Shown here: positions 43,288 through 50,241 of the stretch, piece after piece | How positions within the stretch are numbered: the first letter of the stretch is position 1 | Layout of the letters: the number at the start of each line of letters is the position of its first letter | Source: Actinomycetota bacterium | GTDB taxonomy: Bacteria; Actinomycetota; Actinomycetes; Nanopelagicales; Nanopelagicaceae | Reading direction: 5' to 3' | Length of the DNA stretch: 50,241 nt | Assembly: GCA_010030895.1 (NCBI GenBank) | Contig: RHBS01000001.1 | Span: 1 to 50,241, forward strand | Program-made: the position numbers and the translations under genes | The notes under the pieces: generated by a model | What the model was told of the DNA's origin: nothing | The model's database searches: none | What the model saw: the letters and a program-made list of their open reading frames with translations, nothing else

Positions 43288-43725
43288 ATGAAAATAGATT
43301 TGGAAAATAGCTCGAGTACTTCCTGTGATGAATCGCGATTGATATCAGTTGCTAATTTCTCATTAACAAAGCTAGGAGTACATCCTGATTCAGAGCTTGC
43401 CATCAAATTGGTAGATGAAAAGGAAATGGAACAGTTACATCTTAAGTGGATGAGTTTGCCTGGGCCGACCGATGTATTGTCATTTCCAATGGATGAAATG
43501 AAACCAAATTCAGCGGCGAATGGACCAGGAATAATTGGAGATATTGTTCTTTGCCCAGCTTTTGCAGCAAAGAATGGAAAACAATCTTTGGAGTTAGAAC
43601 TTGAATTACTCACTGTCCACGGTGTTTTACATTTACTGGGGTTTGATCACGAGGATTTAGAGGATGAAGTTAAAATGTTTGAATTACAGCAATCATTTCT
43701 TGATCAATGGAGATCTTTGAAGTGA
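43288..43725 (+). CDS. ybeY: rRNA maturation endoribonuclease YbeY
   Basis: PTDVLSFPM and HGVLHLLGFDH motifs. Confidence 0.95.
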   Translation: MKIDLENSSSTSCDESRLISVANFSLTKLGVHPDSELAIKLVDEKEMEQLHLKWMSLPGPTDVLSFPMDEMKPNSAANGPGIIGDIVLCPAFAAKNGKQSLELELELLTVHGVLHLLGFDHEDLEDEVKMFELQQSFLDQWRSLK

Positions 43726-45017
43726 GTATTGAATCATTAATTTTGATCATATTATTGTTACTATTTGCTGGGTTACTTGCAGGTTCAGAATCGGCATTAA
43801 CATCACTCTCCCGACTTTTAATCGAAGAAATTGTTGAAGCAAAACCAAATTATAAAATTAAGTTTCAAAACTTTGTTGCTAACCCTGCTAAGTTTTTGAA
43901 TGTACTTCTTTTAGTGCGAAAAAGTTGTGAGCTAACAGCTACTGCAACTGTTGCGGTGTACTTTGTAGAGGGCAGTTCTAACAAAGGTCTAGCTCTTTTT
44001 TGGGCTATCGCATTAATGGTTGCTATTTCATATGTAGTTGTAGGGGTTGGTCCAAGAACTTTAGGTAAACAACACGCCATAAAATGGGCTAGGTTAGCAA
44101 TCACAGTTGCAGTTATTTTATCTAAATTACTAGGCCCACTTACAACGCTATTAATTAGAATTGGAAATGCACTAACTCCTGGAAAAGGGTTTAAATCTGG
44201 CCCATTTTCAACTGAAGCAGAGTTCAGAGATTTGGTTGATCAAGCAAGTGAGAGCGGTTTCGTAGAAGAATCTGAGCGAGAGATGATTCATTCAGTTTTC
44301 GATTTAGGTGAGACTCTAGTTCGTGAACTTATGGTTCCTAGAACCGAAATGGTCTGGATCGAAGCAGATAAAACTGTGCGACAGGGATTGTCACTTGCCC
44401 TTCGTTCTGGATTTACCCGAATCCCCGTAATCTCTGAAAACTTGGATAATGTTGTAGGAATTGCCTACGTGAAAGATTTGGCTAAAAGAGTTCATGACAA
44501 TCCAAACTCTGAGGTCAATGAAAAAGTTGAGGAACATTTACGTAAAGCAACCTTTGTTCCGGAGAATAAAACTGCTGATGATTTATTGAAGCAAATGCAG
44601 AGAGATCAAATCCATATGGCAATTGTAGTTGACGAATATGGTGGAACTGCAGGAATAATAACTATTGAAGATATTTTAGAGGAAATAGTTGGAGAAATTG
44701 CTGATGAGTACGATGATAATGAAAGTGAAGAAGTTGAGTGGCTTAATGAAAATAAGGCAAGAATTTCAGCCAGACTTCATGTTGAAGATTTTGCAGAAAA
44801 ATTTGATAGCAGTTTTACTGACGAAGAAATCGAAGATGTCGATTCCATTGGCGGCTTGATAGCTAAGCATTTAGGACGCGTGCCAATTCCTGGTAGCACT
44901 ATCACTGTTCCTGGCTGGAAATTAACTGCTGAAAGGCCTTCAGGGCGTAGACATAGAATTGCCACTGTATTGGTGGAAAAAATTGAAGAATCAGGGAAGA
45001 TAACTGATCAGTTGTAA
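43722..45017 (+). CDS. HlyC/CorC (CNNM) family CBS-domain membrane protein
   Basis: DUF21 TM region, RELMVPR, VDEYGGTAGIITIEDILEEIVGEIADEYD, CorC domain; GTGA overlap with ybeY. Confidence 0.92.
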   Translation: MSIESLILIILLLLFAGLLAGSESALTSLSRLLIEEIVEAKPNYKIKFQNFVANPAKFLNVLLLVRKSCELTATATVAVYFVEGSSNKGLALFWAIALMVAISYVVVGVGPRTLGKQHAIKWARLAITVAVILSKLLGPLTTLLIRIGNALTPGKGFKSGPFSTEAEFRDLVDQASESGFVEESEREMIHSVFDLGETLVRELMVPRTEMVWIEADKTVRQGLSLALRSGFTRIPVISENLDNVVGIAYVKDLAKRVHDNPNSEVNEKVEEHLRKATFVPENKTADDLLKQMQRDQIHMAIVVDEYGGTAGIITIEDILEEIVGEIADEYDDNESEEVEWLNENKARISARLHVEDFAEKFDSSFTDEEIEDVDSIGGLIAKHLGRVPIPGSTITVPGWKLTAERPSGRRHRIATVLVEKIEESGKITDQL

Positions 45018-45020
45018 GAT
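45015..45020 (+). promoter_or_regulatory. -10 (TAAGAT) of probable leaderless FAH-gltX transcript
   Basis: 6 nt before ATG 45027; overlaps the upstream stop codon. Confidence 0.55.
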
Positions 45021-45026
45021 GCTCTA

Positions 45027-45818
45027 ATGCGCATTGTTAGATTTACTGCACCTGAAAAAATCGGGATCGGGTCAGACCCTCTGTTCGGTGTTCTAAATGA
45101 AAACGATGCAATTTTAATACTGAAAGGCGACCCAATTTATTCGGGGATTGTGCCACAAGATAAAACTGTTCAATTATCTGAAGTTAAACTATTAGCACCA
45201 GTAATTCCAAGAAGCAAAGTTATTTGTATAGGAAAGAATTATGCTGACCATGCAGCAGAAATGAATTCACAAGTACCTACTGAGCCAATAATCTTTATTA
45301 AACCTAATACCTCAGTAATTGGACCAAATGAAACTATTGTTTGGCCGAGTATGAGTGAACGTGTAGATCACGAAGCAGAGCTCGCAATTGTAATTAGTCG
45401 AATTTGCAAAGAGGTACCTGCTGAAAAAACTAACGATGTAATTTATGGTTATACGCTAGCAAATGATGTCACTGCAAGAGATTTACAGAAGAAAGATGGT
45501 CAGTGGACAAGAGCAAAAGGTTTCGACACCTTTTGCCCGCTAGGACCTTGGATTGAAACTGAATTTGTTCCAAGTAATCAAAAAATTACTGCCACCTTAA
45601 ATGGTCAAGTTAAGCAATCATCGTTACTTTCTGAAATGATTTTTAAGATCCCACAGATAATTGAATTTGTTTCAAATGTAATGACTCTACTCCCAGGAGA
45701 TGTAATTTTAACTGGTACACCTGCTGGAATTAGTCCTATGCCTGCAGGTTCAACAATCTCAATTTCAATTGATGGATTAGGTACATTAACTAACAAGGTG
45801 TCAGCTCGTGTCCAATAA
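45027..45818 (+). CDS. Fumarylacetoacetate hydrolase family protein
   Basis: GKNYADH, EAELA, NDVTARD, KGFDTFCPLGP and GDVILTGTP motifs. Confidence 0.94.
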   Translation: MRIVRFTAPEKIGIGSDPLFGVLNENDAILILKGDPIYSGIVPQDKTVQLSEVKLLAPVIPRSKVICIGKNYADHAAEMNSQVPTEPIIFIKPNTSVIGPNETIVWPSMSERVDHEAELAIVISRICKEVPAEKTNDVIYGYTLANDVTARDLQKKDGQWTRAKGFDTFCPLGPWIETEFVPSNQKITATLNGQVKQSSLLSEMIFKIPQIIEFVSNVMTLLPGDVILTGTPAGISPMPAGSTISISIDGLGTLTNKVSARVQ

Positions 45819-47271
45819 GTCCCAGGTGAGAGTCAGATTTGCACCATCGCCAACAGGTGATTTGCATGTCGGAAATATTAGAACTGCGTTATTTGATTGG
45901 GCATATGCACGGCATACTGGCGGAAAGTTAATTTTTAGAATTGAAGATACTGATACTGAACGGGTTACGGATCAGTATATTCAAGCCGCAATTGAAACTT
46001 TAAAATGGCTTGGCCTAAATTGGGATGAAGGTCCAGAAGTAGGTGGCGAATTTGGACCATATCTACAATCTCAACGATTAGAAATTTATTCTGAGTGGGC
46101 TCAAAAGTTTTTAGACCAAGGTGATGCCTATCATTGTTACTGCAGTTCAGAGGAGTTAGAGCAACGACGTCAGATTCAAATGCAGAATAATAAAGCACCA
46201 GGTTATGATGGAAATTGCCGAGAATTAACACAAGCCCAAATTGCAGATTACAAGCTTGCTGGAAGAAAGCCAGTTGTAAGAATGCGCATGCCTAGTGGTG
46301 AGACTTCATTTGTGGATTTGATTCGAGGTGAAGTTAAATTTGAGCATGAGTATGTGCCAGATTTTGTACTAGTTCGCGCCGATGGTTCGCCACTTTATAC
46401 GTTGGCAGTTGCTGTTGATGATATCTTGATGAAGATAACTCATGTCCTGCGAGGTGAAGATTTACTATCTTCAACTCCAAGACAAATTCGTGTCTACCAA
46501 GCCATGGGAGTAGACAGCAAAGATTATCCATTATTTGCACACCTACCCTTTGTGATGGGACAAGATAACGCAAAATTATCAAAGCGGAACGGTGAGGTTT
46601 CAATTGCCTGGTATCGAGAACAGGGATTTTTACCTGAGGCAATTTGTAATTATCTGGCACTCCTGGGATGGTCACCTGGAGATGATAAAGAAAACATAAG
46701 CATGCAGGAGTTGGTAGATCTTTTCACTGTCGAAAGAGTTAATAGCAGCCCAGCAAGATTTGATATGAAAAAACTAGAGGCTATAAATGGCGACAAGATT
46801 CGCGCATTGACATTAGATAAATTCCTCGAATTATCCCTTCCATTTTTATTGAAATCTAAGGTAATTTCTGGAAATCAGGAAGAGATTGCAATTGTTAGAT
46901 CAGCATTGCCGATTATTCAAGAGCGAATAATTAAGCTATCTGAGATTCCTTCTATGCTTAATTTCTTGTTTGTGAAAGATTTTACTATTGTGCACGAAGA
47001 GAGTTCAAAAATATCAGATGATGCATCGCAAAAAATTTTGGTTACCGCCCTTGCGAGTATTGAAGGACTGGGTATTTGGAAGACTCAAGAAATTGAAGAG
47101 AGGTTAAGGGCAGCACTTATTAATGGAATGGGATTAAAGCCAAGAGTCGCCTTTAGTGCAATTCGAATTGCAATAACTGGTTCACATATCTCACCACCGC
47201 TTTTTGAGTCACTCGAACTATTAGGTAAAGAGCGTTCCCTGGAGCGAATTAGGGCGGCAATTTCCAAATAA
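45808..47271 (+). CDS. gltX: Glutamate--tRNA ligase
   Basis: RFAPSPTGDLHVGN, RIEDTD, HVLRGED and KLSKR motifs. Confidence 0.98.
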   Translation: MSNKSQVRVRFAPSPTGDLHVGNIRTALFDWAYARHTGGKLIFRIEDTDTERVTDQYIQAAIETLKWLGLNWDEGPEVGGEFGPYLQSQRLEIYSEWAQKFLDQGDAYHCYCSSEELEQRRQIQMQNNKAPGYDGNCRELTQAQIADYKLAGRKPVVRMRMPSGETSFVDLIRGEVKFEHEYVPDFVLVRADGSPLYTLAVAVDDILMKITHVLRGEDLLSSTPRQIRVYQAMGVDSKDYPLFAHLPFVMGQDNAKLSKRNGEVSIAWYREQGFLPEAICNYLALLGWSPGDDKENISMQELVDLFTVERVNSSPARFDMKKLEAINGDKIRALTLDKFLELSLPFLLKSKVISGNQEEIAIVRSALPIIQERIIKLSEIPSMLNFLFVKDFTIVHEESSKISDDASQKILVTALASIEGLGIWKTQEIEERLRAALINGMGLKPRVAFSAIRIAITGSHISPPLFESLELLGKERSLERIRAAISK

Positions 47272-47313
47272 AATTACAGCAGGGTATTCTTGTAATGCTA
47301 AAAAATTAAATAT

Positions 47314-47385
47314 TGGGGTATGGGGTAATTGGTAGCCCTGCTGATTCTGGTTCAGCCTGTCTAGGTTCGAGTCCTGGTACCCCAG
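47314..47385 (+). tRNA. tRNA-Gln (anticodon CTG)
   Basis: Acceptor TGGGGTA/TACCCCA, anticodon arm GCTGA-TTCTGGT-TCAGC, T-loop GGTTCGAGTCC; CCA not encoded. Confidence 0.95.
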
Positions 47386-47406
47386 CGATTTATAGATGTA
47401 CTGCAC

Positions 47407-47479
47407 GGCTCCGTCGTCTAGTGGCCTAGGACTCTGGCTTCTCAAGCCAGCTACGGGGGTTCGAATCCCCTCGGAGCTA
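47407..47479 (+). tRNA. tRNA-Glu (anticodon CTC)
   Basis: Acceptor GGCTCCG/CGGAGCT, anticodon arm CTGGC-TTCTCAA-GCCAG, T-loop GGTTCGAATCC; CCA not encoded. Confidence 0.95.
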
Positions 47480-47488
47480 CAAGTTTTA

Positions 47489-48208
47489 TTATTTATTTTT
47501 TGCTAAGTGCTCACTTAATCTTGCAGCGGTAGCAACAACAGCAGCAGCATGAATTCGACCTGGTTGCCTACTTAATCTTTCCATTGGTCCACTAATACTG
47601 ACGGCAGCAATAACTTTATTGTTTGGCCCACGTACTGGCGCTGATACCGATGCGACTCCAGCCTCTCTCTCACCTACCGATTGTGCCCAACCTCTTCTGC
47701 GGACTGCCGCTAAATTTGCCGCAGTGAATTTAGCATTTACTAAACCACGATGAAGTTTCTCCGGATCCTCCCATGCAAGAAGGATTTGTGCTGCTGAGCC
47801 AGCCTGCATTGTTAGTGATGTTCCAACTGGAACGGAGTCTCTTAACCCAGTTAACCGTTCAGCGGTTGCAACACAAATTCTTAAATCACCCTGTCTGCGA
47901 TATAGCTGCGCACTTTCACCAGTTGCATCTCTTAGTGCAGTTAAAGATGGAACGGCAATTGCGAGTAATTTATCTTCACCAGCTGCTGCTGCTAACTCTG
48001 AAGAGCGTGCACCTAAAATAAATCTTCCGGAAAAATCTCGGGTCACTAGCCGATGATGTTCTAAGGCGACTGCCAATCTGTGAGCTGTTGGCCGGGCAAT
48101 TCCCGTTGTTGAGACTAGGTCACTAAGTGATTGTGGACCAGCCTCTAATGCGGCCAGTATTTTCACGGCTTTATCTAATACACCAACTCCGCTATTCTTT
48201 CTGTCCAT
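47489..48208 (-). CDS. IclR family regulator, NdgR/LtbR-like
   Basis: [31 protein letters not shown] and GVASVSAPV motifs; divergent from leuC; start set at ATG 48208. Confidence 0.92.
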   Translation of the reverse strand: MDRKNSGVGVLDKAVKILAALEAGPQSLSDLVSTTGIARPTAHRLAVALEHHRLVTRDFSGRFILGARSSELAAAAGEDKLLAIAVPSLTALRDATGESAQLYRRQGDLRICVATAERLTGLRDSVPVGTSLTMQAGSAAQILLAWEDPEKLHRGLVNAKFTAANLAAVRRRGWAQSVGEREAGVASVSAPVRGPNNKVIAAVSISGPMERLSRQPGRIHAAAVVATAARLSEHLAKNK

Positions 48209-48223
48209 ACTCTGATAATGCCA

Positions 48224-48238
48224 TCTCACTCTGTGAGA
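48224..48238. promoter_or_regulatory. Palindromic operator TCTCAC-TCT-GTGAGA between the IclR gene and leuC
   Basis: Perfect 6-3-6 inverted repeat between the two divergent -10 elements. Confidence 0.65.
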
Positions 48239-48274
48239 AGCAAATACAGTACAGGTATGAAGGGAAAAGTTGAA

Positions 48275-49672
48275 ATGGGTAAGACGCTAGCGGAAAAGAT
48301 TTGGGCAGAGCATGTTGTTAGCTCTACTGCTGGCGAACCAGATTTACTTTACATAGACCTACATTTAATTCATGAAGTCACTAGTCCACAAGCATTTGAT
48401 GGCTTACGTCTTGCAAATAGAAAAGTTAGAAGGCCAGATTTAACTATCGCTACAGAAGATCACAATGTACCGACTTTAAATATTGATAAACCTATTGCCG
48501 ATCCGGTATCTAAATTACAGGTTGATACCCTAAGAAAAAATTGTGCAGAGTTTGGGGTTCGAATTCACTCACTTGGTGATGTTGAACAGGGAATTGTGCA
48601 TGTTGTTGGTCCTCAGTTAGGTATAACTCAGCCAGGAATGACAATTGTCTGCGGAGATTCACACACTTCAACTCACGGCGCATTTGGCGCTTTGGCATTT
48701 GGAATAGGTACTAGCGAGGTTGAGCATGTATTAGCAACTCAAACTTTGCCACTTATAAGGCCAAAAACTATGGCAATCAATGTTGAAGGAACATTAAAGC
48801 CTGGAGTTACCAGTAAGGATATTATCTTGGCAGTTATTGCCAAGATCGGTACCGGTGGTGGGCAGGGATACATTCTTGAGTATCGTGGAAGTGCGATTAG
48901 AGCACTATCAATGGAAGCTAGGATGACCATTTGCAACATGTCTATTGAAGCTGGGGCACGTGCAGGTTTAATTGCTCCCGATCAAACTACCTTTGATTAT
49001 GTAAAGGGTAAGCCACATGCGCCAACTGGTGCAGATTGGGATTTAGCACTTGCTTATTGGAAGACACTTGTAACAGATAATGATGCTAAATTTGATAAAG
49101 AGATTAATTTAAACGCAGATGAGCTTGCACCATTTGTTACCTGGGGTACAAATCCCGGGCAAGGTTTGCCTCTAAGTGCATCTGTGCCAAATCCAGCCGA
49201 GATCTCAAATGCTGAAGATCGGGGAGCTGCTGAGCGTGCCCTTGAGTACATGGATTTAAAACCTGGTACCCCACTTAAATCTATAAGGGTAGATACAGTT
49301 TTTCTAGGCTCCTGTACAAATGGCAGAATTGAAGATTTAAGATCAGCGGCAGAGATAATTAAAGGTAAAAAAATCGCTACCTCACTTCGTCTATTGGTAG
49401 TGCCTGGCTCAGCCCGAGTGAGATTACAGGCTGAATCTGAAGGTTTAGATAAAATTTTTCTTGATGCCGGTGCCGAGTGGCGAAGTGCTGGATGTTCGAT
49501 GTGCCTAGGAATGAATCCAGATCAGTTAAAACCAGGAGAGCGAGCAGCATCTACCAGCAATAGAAATTTTGAGGGCAGGCAAGGTAAGGGCGGTCGGACT
49601 CACTTGGTAAGTCCACTGGTTGCAGCAGCAACTGCTTTGAAGGGCACACTAGCTTCACCGGCGGATTTATAA
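48275..49672 (+). CDS. leuC: 3-isopropylmalate dehydratase large subunit (alternative start ATG 48257)
   Basis: [30 protein letters not shown] and [12 protein letters not shown] motifs. Confidence 0.98.
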   Translation: MGKTLAEKIWAEHVVSSTAGEPDLLYIDLHLIHEVTSPQAFDGLRLANRKVRRPDLTIATEDHNVPTLNIDKPIADPVSKLQVDTLRKNCAEFGVRIHSLGDVEQGIVHVVGPQLGITQPGMTIVCGDSHTSTHGAFGALAFGIGTSEVEHVLATQTLPLIRPKTMAINVEGTLKPGVTSKDIILAVIAKIGTGGGQGYILEYRGSAIRALSMEARMTICNMSIEAGARAGLIAPDQTTFDYVKGKPHAPTGADWDLALAYWKTLVTDNDAKFDKEINLNADELAPFVTWGTNPGQGLPLSASVPNPAEISNAEDRGAAERALEYMDLKPGTPLKSIRVDTVFLGSCTNGRIEDLRSAAEIIKGKKIATSLRLLVVPGSARVRLQAESEGLDKIFLDAGAEWRSAGCSMCLGMNPDQLKPGERAASTSNRNFEGRQGKGGRTHLVSPLVAAATALKGTLASPADL

Positions 49673-50241
49673 TGGAAAAATTTATCAAACATACAGGTAG
49701 TGCTGTTCCGCTTCGCCGTAGCAATGTTGATACCGATCAAATCATCCCGGCTGTTTATTTAAAGCGAATAACTAAAAGTGGATTTGAAGATGGCTTATTT
49801 GCAGCTTGGAGAAATGATCCTGCATTTGAGTTAAATCAACCTCAGTATAAATCTGCAACCATCTTAGTTGCTGGGCCAGATTTTGGAACTGGTTCCTCAC
49901 GCGAGCATGCAGTATGGGCACTTCAAAATTATGGCTTCAAAGTGGTTCTCTCGAGCCGGTTTGCAGATATTTTTCGAGGAAACTCACAAAAGGCTGGATT
50001 ATTAACTGTAATTTTGCCGCAGGAAGAAATCGAAAAAATTTGGAAAGAGATTGAATCCAAACCAGAGACCGCCATTACGGTCGATCTTCAAGCCAAAAAG
50101 GTTAGCTACGGCTCAACAAGTTTAGATTTTGTCATAGATGATTACACTCGTTGGCGGCTAATGGAGGGCTTAGATGACATTGGATTAACATTTACAAAAA
50201 TTGATCAAGTTTCAAGTTTTGAAGAAAAAAGAGCTAGTTTT
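49672..50241 (+). CDS. leuD: 3-isopropylmalate dehydratase small subunit (runs off window end)
   Basis: Manual translation: MEKFIKHTG...[14 protein letters not shown]...[14 protein letters not shown]...RFADIF; TAATG overlap with leuC. Confidence 0.96.
   Translation, partial: MEKFIKHTGSAVPLRRSNVDTDQIIPAVYLKRITKSGFEDGLFAAWRNDPAFELNQPQYKSATILVAGPDFGTGSSREHAVWALQNYGFKVVLSSRFADIFRGNSQKAGLLTVILPQEEIEKIWKEIESKPETAITVDLQAKKVSYGSTSLDFVIDDYTRWRLMEGLDDIGLTFTKIDQVSSFEEKRASF

Noticed and set aside
47385-47489. tRNA 3' ends as possible integration sites
   Set aside because: No integrase, duplicated tRNA end or foreign-looking DNA adjacent.
784-49251. Many 60-126 aa antisense or out-of-frame ORFs in the ORF track
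   Set aside because: They overlap well-supported housekeeping genes and show no recognisable motifs.
1-50241. CRISPR arrays, IS elements, prophage, toxin-antitoxin or defence genes
   Set aside because: No repeat-spacer periodicity or transposase, integrase or phage-like proteins seen; nearly all bases are accounted for by core genes.

Overview
Gene-dense, AT-rich (roughly 40% GC by eye) core-chromosome segment of an actinobacterium. Gene content, order and protein signatures (Pro/Gly/Arg-rich IF2 N-terminus, Actino-pnp RNA, DUF3046-recA, IclR-leuCD) together with low GC and tiny or overlapping intergenic gaps fit a streamlined freshwater acI lineage (Ca. Nanopelagicales); this taxonomy is an inference. 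Order: ispG end, proS, TSUP transporter, rimP-nusA-ylxR-infB-rbfA-truB-ribF, rpsO, pnp, M16 peptidase, dapB, glutaredoxin-like, azlDC (minus strand), thyX-dapA-rnj, ftsK-rodZ-rimO-pgsA-cinA-clgR-like-TetR-DUF3046, recA-recX, miaB-miaA-dapF-hflX, comEA-comEC-holA-rpsT-lepA-hemW-hrcA-dnaJ-rsmE-HIT-phoH-ybeY-CorC-like, FAH-gltX-tRNA-Gln-tRNA-Glu, IclR regulator (minus strand), leuC-leuD (cut by the window end). I saw no mobile element, prophage, CRISPR array or defence island. The interesting signals are non-coding or translational: (1) three stop/start-overlapping mini-ORFs plus a hairpin in the infB leader, a candidate IF2-sensing regulator; (2) a comEC frame that stays open and membrane-protein-like about 50 codons upstream of its first canonical start; (3) about ten genes with leaderless promoter geometry; (4) a dual LexA/PafBC-type recA promoter; (5) a promoter motif shared by rpsO and rpsT, with rpsT flipped relative to the usual arrangement.
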